Assembly (NCBI GenBank): GCA_016342715.1 | Contig: JAEINW010000002.1 | Location: 740 to 64,739 of the forward strand | Source: Salinivirgaceae bacterium | GTDB lineage: Bacteria; Bacteroidota; Bacteroidia; Bacteroidales; SZUA-534 | Reading direction: 5' to 3' | DNA length: 64,000 bases | In this document: piece by piece, positions 24,028 through 33,532 of the stretch | Position numbering within the stretch: the first letter of the stretch is position 1 | Layout: each line of letters opens with the position of its first letter | The notes under the pieces: generated by a model | What the model was told of the DNA's origin: nothing | Seen by the model: the letters and a program-made list of their open reading frames with translations, nothing else | The model's database searches: none | Position numbers and translations under genes: made by a program

Positions 24028-25701
24028 TTACATAAGAAAACTAAGCAATATACCCGCTGCAACCGCTGAACCAATAACACCAGAAACGTTTGGAGCCATG
24101 GCATGCATCAGCAAGTGATTGGTAGGATCTTCAGCCAGACCCATTCCTTGAACCACACGGGCACTATCGGGTACTGCAGAAACACCTGCGGCACCAATCA
24201 TAGGATTAACCGGATTGTCTTTCCCTGAGAACCAATTCATTATCTTAGCAAAAATTACACCTCCCGCCGTGGCAACCATAAATGAAACAGCACCTAATCC
24301 AAAAATTAATATTGAATCAGAAGTTAAAAACACATCGGCTTGTGTTGAAGCTCCTACGGTAACACCTAACAATATAGTAATGGTATTTATTAAAGCATTA
24401 CTTGCTGTGTCAGCTAATCGGTTAGTTACACCACTTTCTTTAAGTAAGTTTCCAAAGAATAACATACCTAAAAGTGATAGCGCTGAAGGAGCTATGTATG
24501 CAGTAATTAGCAATGCAATAATTGGGAACATAATTTTCTCCAAACGAGTTACTGCGCGTGGAGGACGCATCTTAATTTGGCGTTCCTTTTTAGTGGTTAG
24601 TAATCTAATTATTGGTGGTTGAATTACAGGAACTAAAGCCATATAAGAATATGCTGCAATAGCAATGGGTCCGATTAAATTTTTAACCACCTGCCCATTA
24701 GCCATAACATTTATTCCATTCGCTAATTTCGATGAAAGGAAAATAGCCGTTGGACCGTCAGCACCGCCAATAATTCCAATGGCACCTGCTTCTGGTGGAG
24801 CAAAACCTAAAAATAAAGATCCTAAAAATGTTACAAAAATACCAATCTGAGCAGCTGCTCCCAACAACATTAATTTTGGATTCGAAATCAATGACGAAAA
24901 ATCTGTCATAGCACCAATTCCTAGAAAAATTAATGGCGGATACCAGCCTTGTAATACTCCTTGATAAAGAATATTCATTACACTACCAGGCTCATATATA
25001 CCTAGCTTTAAGTTAAAATCAACTGCCTGAAACATAGGTATATTACCAATTAATATTCCAATGCCAATTGGGATTAACAATAAGGGTTCATAATCGTATT
25101 TTATGGCCAAGAAAATAAATAACAAACCAATTAATATCATTAATAAATGCCCCCTAGTGGCATTTGCGAAACCTGTAAACTCGTAAAAATTTAACAATCC
25201 ATGAACCGCTCCAGATACAGAATTATACTCAATTCCATTAATTCCAATTAATTGATCATTATTAAGAAGCAAGGTTCTTTGGCCTAAATCAAGCAATTCT
25301 TTAGTAATTTTATAACTACTACTAGTTGAATTCGGATCTAGGTTTTTTCCAAAATGATCAACCTCTTTGGGATTAAATGTCAATAAAATTCCGTTATTTT
25401 CAATCGTCCAAATCCCTGTATAGGTTTGTTTTATTGAATCCATTCTAAAAGTGCGAAGATATAATCCATTGTGCTTGTCTATTTTGAATTCAATGGTTTT
25501 ATAACGCTCAACCGTGTTTATTTTCGACCAATCGGTAATTGTATCAGGATTCACTGTTGCGTTTGGAATATACCCTCCGGCTTTATTTACCCACTTACCT
25601 TTAGTTAACTGTTGCTCAATATTTACATCCGTATTTGCGAACGAAATATTTGCATAACCGGCAAAAAACAGTACGGTTAGTACTAAGAAAATTCTTTTCA
25701 T
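24028..25701 (-). CDS. Na+-translocating decarboxylase beta subunit (OadB/MmdB/GcdB family) with an extra ~165-aa N-terminal domain
   Basis: 'EPLLLIPIGIGILIGNIP', 'GAAAQIGIF', 'IGGADGPTAIF', 'MIGAAGVSAVPDSARV'. The N-terminal 'MKRIFLVLTVLFFAGYANISFA' looks like a signal or anchor. Confidence 0.85.
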   Translation of the reverse strand: MKRIFLVLTVLFFAGYANISFANTDVNIEQQLTKGKWVNKAGGYIPNATVNPDTITDWSKINTVERYKTIEFKIDKHNGLYLRTFRMDSIKQTYTGIWTIENNGILLTFNPKEVDHFGKNLDPNSTSSSYKITKELLDLGQRTLLLNNDQLIGINGIEYNSVSGAVHGLLNFYEFTGFANATRGHLLMILIGLLFIFLAIKYDYEPLLLIPIGIGILIGNIPMFQAVDFNLKLGIYEPGSVMNILYQGVLQGWYPPLIFLGIGAMTDFSSLISNPKLMLLGAAAQIGIFVTFLGSLFLGFAPPEAGAIGIIGGADGPTAIFLSSKLANGINVMANGQVVKNLIGPIAIAAYSYMALVPVIQPPIIRLLTTKKERQIKMRPPRAVTRLEKIMFPIIALLITAYIAPSALSLLGMLFFGNLLKESGVTNRLADTASNALINTITILLGVTVGASTQADVFLTSDSILIFGLGAVSFMVATAGGVIFAKIMNWFSGKDNPVNPMIGAAGVSAVPDSARVVQGMGLAEDPTNHLLMHAMAPNVSGVIGSAVAAGILLSFLM

Positions 25702-25719
25702 AATTTGTTGTTTTTCCGA

Positions 25720-26142
25720 TTATTCGATTTCAAGCAATACATCTTCTTGAAGCACGGCATCGCCAACTGCCACTTTTATAGACTTAACAACACCTTCTTT
25801 TTCAGACAAGATATTATTTTCCATCTTCATTGCTTCCATAACTAACAATACATCACCTTTTTTCACGGTATCTCCCACCGATACATGAAGTTTAAATATA
25901 CTTCCCGGCAATGGTGCTTTTACTTTATATGCCGAAGCATCTTTCTTTTTAATAGTTCCTTCTCCTGGTTTTGAAACTACCGGTTGGCGAACTAAAGTTG
26001 GTGTTTTTGTCACTTTAACTTCTTTATGAATTTCAATTTCATAAGAAGTTCCATTCACTTCAATTTCGGCAATACTTTCCTCAAAATTTTTAATAAGGAC
26101 TTCGTATTTATGACCTTTTATAGTAAAATCAAACTTTTTCAT
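25720..26142 (-). CDS. biotin carboxyl carrier subunit of the decarboxylase
   Basis: Biotinyl-lysine motif 'VLLVMEAMKMENNI' in a C-terminal lipoyl-like fold. Confidence 0.85.
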   Translation of the reverse strand: MKKFDFTIKGHKYEVLIKNFEESIAEIEVNGTSYEIEIHKEVKVTKTPTLVRQPVVSKPGEGTIKKKDASAYKVKAPLPGSIFKLHVSVGDTVKKGDVLLVMEAMKMENNILSEKEGVVKSIKVAVGDAVLQEDVLLEIE

Positions 26143-26148
26143 TTTATA

Positions 26149-26505
26149 TTATTTAACTGGCGAATTGTAAATACTGTAAATTTTCGAACTCCATGGCGAG
26201 TATCTTCTTTGAATACGATTAATGGTAATTACATTTGACTCATCATCGTGCATTTCGTTAAAATACATATGCAATGCTAAGCTTATAGCAGCACTTACAT
26301 CACCACCCACAGTGAACTCATCAGTTTCTGTTTCAACTACCTTACCTTTTTTCCTTAATTCAAATTTTAGTTTCAAATTAATTAACTTTGGTATAGCACT
26401 AAAGATTAAAATCATCATAACCAAGGCTGAAAAAACAATACTGTAACCTACAATAGCGACTGTCCATCCGCCTGATTCTCCAATATTTGCAAGAATTTCA
26501 TTCAT
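26149..26505 (-). CDS. OadG-like small membrane subunit of the decarboxylase
   Basis: Single TM 'WTVAIVGYSIVFSALVMMILIF'. It sits between the carboxyltransferase and biotin-carrier genes. Confidence 0.7.
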   Translation of the reverse strand: MNEILANIGESGGWTVAIVGYSIVFSALVMMILIFSAIPKLINLKLKFELRKKGKVVETETDEFTVGGDVSAAISLALHMYFNEMHDDESNVITINRIQRRYSPWSSKIYSIYNSPVK

Positions 26506-26517
26506 AACTCTATATTT

Positions 26518-28077
26518 TTATAATGGAATATTGCAATGTTTTTTTGGAGGATTTGATAGTTTTTTTGTTGACAAACTCTCAAAACCACGAATAATACGGA
26601 ACCTTGTATTTCTTGGTTCAATTACGTCGTCAATATATCCATATGCTGCTGCTTGATACGGATTTGCAAATTTCTCTTTATACTCATTCACCTTTTCATC
26701 AATAAATTTTGCCTTTTCCTCAGGATCAGTAAGCTCCTTTAGTTTACGACCTTCAAGAACTTCTATTGCACCAGATGCTCCCATTACGGCAATTTCTGCT
26801 GATGGCCAAGCATAATTTAAATCACCACGTAATTGCTTACACGACATTACATCATGAGCTCCACCGTATGATTTACGCAAAGTAACTGTGACTTTAGGTA
26901 CTGTAGCTTCACCATAGGCAAACAACAGTTTTGCTCCATGTATAATAATACCACCATACTCTTGTCTACTTCCAGGTAAAAATCCAGGAACATCAACCAA
27001 CGTTAATATTTGAATATTAAATGCATCGCAAAAACGAACAAAACGAGCCGCTTTTCTAGAAGCTTCAATATCTAATACTCCTGCTAAATAATTAGGCTGA
27101 TTTGCAATTATTCCTGTTGGAACACCATTAAATTTTGCGAATCCAACAAATATATTTTTGGCATAATTCCTATGAACTTCTAAAAATTCCTGATTATCAA
27201 CCAAACTATAAATTACATCTTTTATATCGTAAGGCAAATTTGGATTTTCAGGGATAATTTCATTTAAATTATCATCCATTCTCTCTATTGGATCTGAACA
27301 AAGAGTTACAGGAGGTTCTTCAAGATTATTCTGAGGTAAGTATTCTAACAGCTTACGGATTAATAATAAACCTTCTTGCTCATCCTCACATAAAAAATGT
27401 GAAACACCCGATTTAGAGGCATGAACACTTGCTCCACCAAGGTCTTCTGTTGAAATATCTTCACCCGTAACTGTTTTTACAACTTTTGGGCCAGTTACAA
27501 ACATATAACTTGACTTGTCGGTCATCATAATAAAATCAGTCAATGCCGGCGAATAGACAGCTCCTCCAGCACAAGGTCCAAAAATGGCTGAAATTTGAGG
27601 TATTACACCTGAAGCTAATATATTACGCTGAAAAATTTCAGCATATCCAGCCAAACTGGTAACACCTTCTTGAATTCTGGCACCTCCACTATCGTTGATT
27701 CCAATTAACGGAGCACCAACTTTCATTGCCATATCCATAACTTTGCATATTTTTTGTGCAAAAGTTTCAGATAAGGAACCTCCAAAAACTGTAAAATCTT
27801 GTGAGAATACATAAACTACTCTCCCATCGATAGTACCATGCCCAGTTACAACTCCATCGCCCAAAAACTTAGTTTTTTCTAAACCAAAATTTGTACAACG
27901 ATGTGTTACAAACATATCAAACTCCTCAAAACTCCCTTCATCAAGCAACATATCAATGCGCTCTCTGGCAGTAAATTTCCCTTTTTGGTGTTGCGATTCA
28001 ATACGTTTTTCGCCACCACCCAAACGAGCTTGAGCTCTTTTTTCAATTAACTCGTTTATTTTATCTTGATTTGCCAT
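26518..28077 (-). CDS. mmdA: methylmalonyl-CoA decarboxylase alpha subunit / acyl-CoA carboxyltransferase
   Basis: '[22 protein letters not shown]', 'GGARIQEG', '[16 protein letters not shown]', '[27 protein letters not shown]'. Confidence 0.9.
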   Translation of the reverse strand: MANQDKINELIEKRAQARLGGGEKRIESQHQKGKFTARERIDMLLDEGSFEEFDMFVTHRCTNFGLEKTKFLGDGVVTGHGTIDGRVVYVFSQDFTVFGGSLSETFAQKICKVMDMAMKVGAPLIGINDSGGARIQEGVTSLAGYAEIFQRNILASGVIPQISAIFGPCAGGAVYSPALTDFIMMTDKSSYMFVTGPKVVKTVTGEDISTEDLGGASVHASKSGVSHFLCEDEQEGLLLIRKLLEYLPQNNLEEPPVTLCSDPIERMDDNLNEIIPENPNLPYDIKDVIYSLVDNQEFLEVHRNYAKNIFVGFAKFNGVPTGIIANQPNYLAGVLDIEASRKAARFVRFCDAFNIQILTLVDVPGFLPGSRQEYGGIIIHGAKLLFAYGEATVPKVTVTLRKSYGGAHDVMSCKQLRGDLNYAWPSAEIAVMGASGAIEVLEGRKLKELTDPEEKAKFIDEKVNEYKEKFANPYQAAAYGYIDDVIEPRNTRFRIIRGFESLSTKKLSNPPKKHCNIPL

Positions 28078-28104
28078 ATCTATTACGGTAACTATTGTTA
28101 CAGA

Positions 28105-28509
28105 TTAATTATTGTCGCAAAGTTCAGTTAACACTCCAAAAGTTGACTTTGGATGTAAAAATCCAATATTCAAACCTTCAGCGCCTTTTCTACCTTGCGT
28201 ATCGATTAGTTTTACACCTGCAGCTTCAACATCACTTAATGCTTTATTAACATTTTCAACAGCAAATGCAATATGATGTATTCCCTCACCTTTTTTCTCA
28301 ATGAATTTACCAACAGGCCCTAGAGGATCGGTTGATTCTAACAATTCAATTTTTGTGTTACCAATTTTAAAGAAGGCTGTTTTAACCTTTTGATCTTTAA
28401 TTTCTTCAACTGCATAACACTCTAGTCCTAAAACTTTCTCATAATATGGAATTGCTTCGTCTAAACTTTTTACAGCTATTCCAATGTGTTCGATATGCGT
28501 AGGCTTCAT
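28105..28509 (-). CDS. mce: methylmalonyl-CoA epimerase (VOC superfamily)
   Basis: 'HIEHIGIAVKSLDEAIPYYEKVLG', 'GIHHIAFAV'. It is the first gene of the decarboxylase operon. Confidence 0.85.
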   Translation of the reverse strand: MKPTHIEHIGIAVKSLDEAIPYYEKVLGLECYAVEEIKDQKVKTAFFKIGNTKIELLESTDPLGPVGKFIEKKGEGIHHIAFAVENVNKALSDVEAAGVKLIDTQGRKGAEGLNIGFLHPKSTFGVLTELCDNN

Positions 28510-28755
28510 ATGTAAAGTAATTAGTTATTTGTAATTGTTTTATAATTGCCAATATATTATATAGTAATAATTTCACAAACTTTTATTGTTGCTTTAAATC
28601 AAAAAATTTATGTAATGATTACAATTTTAATTATTTGCAAATGTATTAAAGTCCAAACCTTTCGCAACTTGATTTGTGAATATTTTAAGGTTGTTTTTCA
28701 ACATATGTTACAAATTGAAAGCAAAACCCCGAAAACCTCTTATAAATCATAGATT

Positions 28756-31707
28756 TTACTGCTCAAAAACATTGTAAAAAACTTGTTGTATTTTTGTTCT
28801 TATATCATGTTTTACCAGCTTATTATTCTCTTGATTTGGGAAGGTTCTGTTTGACAAAAAGATATAAATGCTTTGATTGGATGGATCGACCCAAAAATAA
28901 GCTCCGGTGAAACCTGAATGGCCAAAACTTTCTTGAGACGCCGACTCACAAGTTGGTCCCGGATCACCTTGTTTAAGAGCAGGTTTATCAAAACCCATTG
29001 CCCGACGATTGTCTTTTCTTTTATAATAAGCCTTATTAAATACTTTTAAAGTTTTGGGTTTAAAAAAAAATTCAGCCCCATAAGCTCCTTCATTTAATAA
29101 CAACTGCCCCAATTTTGCCAAATCGTTTGCGGTAGAAAACAATCCTGCATGGCCAGAAACCCCGCCTAACATAGCAGCACCTGGATCGTGCACGTAACCT
29201 TGAATTATTTGCTTTCTAAAAATTTGATCATCTTCCGATGGAACAATACCCGCTTTTTCAAACTTATTTAAAGGATTATAAAGGGTACGAGTCATTCCTA
29301 ATTTTGAGTAAAATTCATTATGGGCATATTCGTCGATAGATGCACCTGATTTATTTTTAATAATTTTTGGCAAGCAATAAAAACCTAGGTCACTGTACCT
29401 GTATTTTTTCTTTTTGTAGGATGGAGTATCAATAATGGCCTGATAAACTGAATCAATATAATCACTTCGTAAAAATAATCTATCAGCAATTTTTATGTTA
29501 AAAGTATCAGAATATTCTTTTTTGTATAAATCATTTCGCAAATCACCATCTTCTGTTAGTGTATTCCTATAAAAAGGAATCCAGCTTTTCATTCCTGATT
29601 GATGGGCTAATATCTGATTTACCCTAATGGACTTTTTATCTTTAACTGAAAATTCAGGCAAGTATTTTGCAATTTTTGCCATAGGATCAATTTTGTGATC
29701 CTCATATAATTTCATAAGAGAAATGGTGGTTGCTGCTAGTTTTGTGAGCGAAGCAATATCATATAAATCGTATTCTTTGACCTCCGTTTTTTTGTCATAG
29801 GTATGATATCCAAAGTTTTTATTATAAATAACCTTCCCGTTTTTTGCATAAAGCACTTGACAACCGGGCGATGCCCCCATATTTATAGCATCTAAAACAA
29901 TGGAATCGACTTTGTGAAAAATTGAATCGTGTAAGTCAAATTCATAAGGCTGTGAATATGCCAAACGTATTTGTTTTTCTATTGCAATGCCTGTGCCCAC
30001 CGGAAAATCATCATCTATTGAAACTGGTAAAACACCAGTAACAGAAAGTCCTCCAAATAAGGCTTGCGCCATTTTCTCCTGAACCAATACATCGTCGGAA
30101 TAAGCTACAATTATTGAATTTATTTTTTCTAAAGAATAGTATCTAGCTAAGCCATAAGGATTTCCAAAAAAACAAACTGAAGTATTTATTGATGACGAAA
30201 TTTTTTCTATTAAATCTAATTCATACTGTTTAATACCAAAATTATATTTAGCTGAGTTTGATATTCCTGTGTGCGAAATAATAACATGCTTATAATTTTT
30301 CAAAATACTGTCAACCCTAAGTATATTATCATTATTTATAGTAATTGTATCAATACTCATGTATCTGTTAATCATTTTATTAAAAGCATATGAATTACCT
30401 GAACCAATAGCTATTGCAAGAATCTTTTTAGTATCTAGATTCTTAAATGGTACCATACTATTTTCGTTCTTTATTAGGGTTATACTCTTTTCAATTAATT
30501 GGGCTTTGTTCTTTCGGTATTCTGGCTTATTTAAAGACTCCTTAATCGCATTTACAGCTATTGATTCGTATTGATCAAGACCAAACCATTTTTTGGCCAA
30601 TAAAACCCTTCTACATCGTTCATTTATTAATTGTTCAGAAAGCACACCTTTTCTCACGGCTTTTTTAACTGCTTTAATTCCCTTTGAAACATCCTCCGGA
30701 AATAATAACACATCGTTACCGGCCAATAAAGCTTCCACTTCAATTTCACCCGGACTAAAATATTTTGTTACGCCCTTCATATTAAGCGCATCGGTAAAAA
30801 CCAATCCTTTAAAACCCAGTTCATTTCTTAACACAGAATCGATCACAATTTTTGACAAGGATGCCGGACGCTTGATTTCTTTTTCCAAGGACGGAACTGC
30901 TAAATGAGCCACCATAACACCCCCCACACCGTTCTGTATAAGGTTTTTAAACGGCACTAATTCCAGTTTATTTAAACGAGTTTTACTATGATTAACCAAA
31001 GGCAAATCGAAATGAGAATCTGAATCGGTATCACCATGCCCCGGAAAATGCTTAACAACTGCCATGATATTATTATCTTGCATTCCCATGGCATAGGCCA
31101 AGCCTTTACGGGAAACTATCCTCTTATCTTCTCCAAAAGATCGAACATTAATCACCGGATTATTCGGATTGTTATTTACATCGATTACTGGTGCAAAATT
31201 TATTTGAATACCAATAGTTTTAAGCTGCTCAGCCAATTGATTTCCAAAATCATAAATTATCTGATCATCAGTTATAGCTCCCATTGCCATAGCTTTTGGA
31301 TAAGAAATAGTACTATCTAAACGCATAGCTAATCCCCATTCTCCATCAATCCCAATCATTAATGGAACCTGACTTACCCTTTGCAACTCATTGGTTAATA
31401 TCGCTTGATTTACGGGTCCACCCTGCATAAAAATAATTCCTCCAATTTGATTCTTTTTAACATATTGAATCATCTCCTTATTATATGCTAGAGATTTATT
31501 AGAATACACAGAAATCATAAATAACTGAGCAATTTTTTGCTCTAAAGTCATATCATTCATAAGTGAATCAACCCATGTAGTATCAACAGTTAATATTGGC
31601 GTGGAAATATCATTATTTAGATGATTGCGATTGACTTCAGAATTCAATACGCTTGAGGAAAGTATAAATATTAAAAAAATGAATAGTGTTTTGTAAACCA
31701 ATGACAT
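28756..31707 (-). CDS. GH3 beta-N-acetylhexosaminidase (NagZ-like) fused to a C-terminal serine hydrolase/beta-lactamase-family domain
   Basis: Signal peptide. GH3 motif 'KHFPGHGDTDSDSH'. C-terminal 'DIASLTKLAAT' (SxxK) and 'GHSGFTG'. Confidence 0.85.
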   Translation of the reverse strand: MSLVYKTLFIFLIFILSSSVLNSEVNRNHLNNDISTPILTVDTTWVDSLMNDMTLEQKIAQLFMISVYSNKSLAYNKEMIQYVKKNQIGGIIFMQGGPVNQAILTNELQRVSQVPLMIGIDGEWGLAMRLDSTISYPKAMAMGAITDDQIIYDFGNQLAEQLKTIGIQINFAPVIDVNNNPNNPVINVRSFGEDKRIVSRKGLAYAMGMQDNNIMAVVKHFPGHGDTDSDSHFDLPLVNHSKTRLNKLELVPFKNLIQNGVGGVMVAHLAVPSLEKEIKRPASLSKIVIDSVLRNELGFKGLVFTDALNMKGVTKYFSPGEIEVEALLAGNDVLLFPEDVSKGIKAVKKAVRKGVLSEQLINERCRRVLLAKKWFGLDQYESIAVNAIKESLNKPEYRKNKAQLIEKSITLIKNENSMVPFKNLDTKKILAIAIGSGNSYAFNKMINRYMSIDTITINNDNILRVDSILKNYKHVIISHTGISNSAKYNFGIKQYELDLIEKISSSINTSVCFFGNPYGLARYYSLEKINSIIVAYSDDVLVQEKMAQALFGGLSVTGVLPVSIDDDFPVGTGIAIEKQIRLAYSQPYEFDLHDSIFHKVDSIVLDAINMGASPGCQVLYAKNGKVIYNKNFGYHTYDKKTEVKEYDLYDIASLTKLAATTISLMKLYEDHKIDPMAKIAKYLPEFSVKDKKSIRVNQILAHQSGMKSWIPFYRNTLTEDGDLRNDLYKKEYSDTFNIKIADRLFLRSDYIDSVYQAIIDTPSYKKKKYRYSDLGFYCLPKIIKNKSGASIDEYAHNEFYSKLGMTRTLYNPLNKFEKAGIVPSEDDQIFRKQIIQGYVHDPGAAMLGGVSGHAGLFSTANDLAKLGQLLLNEGAYGAEFFFKPKTLKVFNKAYYKRKDNRRAMGFDKPALKQGDPGPTCESASQESFGHSGFTGAYFWVDPSNQSIYIFLSNRTFPNQENNKLVKHDIRTKIQQVFYNVFEQ

Positions 31708-31783
31708 ACATGATACTTTTTTGGGTTATTCAAATAGAAATAATTGAATATTAAAGAAAGCAATAAATTATTGAATATTGGAA

Positions 31784-33430
31784 TTAAAAAGAGTTTAATA
31801 TTTTCTGAAATTCTTCATTAGGTACAAAGCCACGTTCATCGCCACAAAATTGCTCCTTTAATCGATTTACAAAATACATATCGGCCTTACCTGCATTTTT
31901 TACAGCTATTTTACCACGGTATTCGCAATCAAAATATTCTTTAATAATAGCATAGGTCTCACCAGAAACATTCACCCTGCCAATATCACTCTCTTGTTGC
32001 ATACGAGCAGCAACATTTACCGTATTACCCCAAACATCGTATAAATACTTTTTACGTCCAACCACACCAGCAATAACAGGTCCTGTATGAATTCCAATCC
32101 TACATTTCCATTGCAATCCAGCAGGAGTTATATTGGCATTTAATTGAGAATTTACAAAATGCTGTATTTCTAGACCAGCCATTACAACGTTAAAAGGATT
32201 ACTACGATTGCGCAAAGGCAAACCACCCACACACATATAAGCATCACCTATAGTCTTTATTTTTTCGATAAAATGTTTTTCAATAATATCGTCAAATTCC
32301 TTAAAGTAAGAGTCTAACACATGAACCAAATCCTTAGAAGGTAATTCAATGGCAATTTTTGTAAAATCAACAAAATCAAGAAAAAATACTGAGGCCATTT
32401 TATAATCTTTTGGCTTGGCAACTCCTTTTGATTTTAATTGGCGAGCTACCTCAAAGGGCAATATATTCAACAATAATTCATCAGACTTTTTACGTTCAAT
32501 TTCAATTTCCTTATTTTGGGTATTTATTTCCTTTTGTTGTTGCTCTAATAATACATTTGCACTTTTTAAATGGTTAGTAAGTGCCAGCATGTATTCATTT
32601 TTTTGATTAAGTGCTTCTTCTGTTTCTTTTAATTTAGTTATATCAGTTTCAATAGCAATAAAACGCTCAATAACACCATTGGGCGATACTACGGGCGTGA
32701 ATGTTGTTTGAATCCATTTAAACTCGCCACCTCTGGTTTGGCATTCTGATACATAATTAATTGATTTTTTTGTTTTAATACACTTGTCAATTTTGCTTTC
32801 AATATCAGAATTTTTACTTGCCTCCATAATGGTTCTTCCAAATCGACGTTTAAACTCATCAATAGAATAGCCATAAAGTCGATTAAAACCTTCGTTCACC
32901 CATTCAATCTCGCCATTTGCATCAAATATTACAAATGAATTATCAGCTCTATCCATAAATAAAACCAACTTATCCATTAGTTCAAGAGTTTCCATATTAA
33001 CAGAATTCTCTTCAACTATCTCGGCCATTCTTTTGTAAATTCTCAATTGATTTTCAATCCGGCTTTCTAATTCAAAATCGTTTATTTCACCACCTATAAA
33101 ATCGGTTGCGCCCGATTGAAAAGCAAGTTTAATATTATTAGGAATGGTAAATGGTGAGCGATCAATAACAATAACTGGAAGGTTCTTATATTTTTCTTTC
33201 TTTTTTAATTTCTCAATTTGGTTAACGTCGTTAAAAAATATTTCTCCAGCAACAACAATTACTAAATCTAACTTATTTTGCTTGCAAAAATCAACAATCT
33301 TTGAAGTTTCAGTAATTGTAAAAATATCAAATTTATTTTTATCAATTTTATCAATAAACTCATTCGACTCACCAACAATTAATATTTGAATATTCACTTT
33401 TGCAACAATAATTGAAATGTCATTAATCAA
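31784..33430 (-). CDS. class III adenylate/guanylate cyclase with an N-terminal receiver-like domain and a PAS-like domain
   Basis: 'IKTIGDAYMCVGGLP', 'RIGIHTGPVIAGVVG', 'YDVWGNTVNVAARM'. PAS-like 'FVIFDANGEIEWVNEGFNRLYGYS'. Receiver-like 'IQILIVGESNEF...DLVIVVAGE'. Confidence 0.85.
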   Translation of the reverse strand: MINDISIIVAKVNIQILIVGESNEFIDKIDKNKFDIFTITETSKIVDFCKQNKLDLVIVVAGEIFFNDVNQIEKLKKKEKYKNLPVIVIDRSPFTIPNNIKLAFQSGATDFIGGEINDFELESRIENQLRIYKRMAEIVEENSVNMETLELMDKLVLFMDRADNSFVIFDANGEIEWVNEGFNRLYGYSIDEFKRRFGRTIMEASKNSDIESKIDKCIKTKKSINYVSECQTRGGEFKWIQTTFTPVVSPNGVIERFIAIETDITKLKETEEALNQKNEYMLALTNHLKSANVLLEQQQKEINTQNKEIEIERKKSDELLLNILPFEVARQLKSKGVAKPKDYKMASVFFLDFVDFTKIAIELPSKDLVHVLDSYFKEFDDIIEKHFIEKIKTIGDAYMCVGGLPLRNRSNPFNVVMAGLEIQHFVNSQLNANITPAGLQWKCRIGIHTGPVIAGVVGRKKYLYDVWGNTVNVAARMQQESDIGRVNVSGETYAIIKEYFDCEYRGKIAVKNAGKADMYFVNRLKEQFCGDERGFVPNEEFQKILNSF

Positions 33431-33475
33431 TTAGTAAAATGATAATTTTTTTTTTAATATCCTAATAAAGAGGTA

Positions 33476-33506
33476 GAAAAAAAGGGCTGCCATTTGGCAG
33501 CCCTTT
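33476..33506 (-). terminator. rho-independent terminator ending the SusCD operon
   Basis: The minus strand reads AGGGCTGCC-AAAT-GGCAGCCCT followed by TTTTTTT. Confidence 0.75.
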
Positions 33507-33532
33507 CCTTTAAAAAGTCTATTGTAATAATC

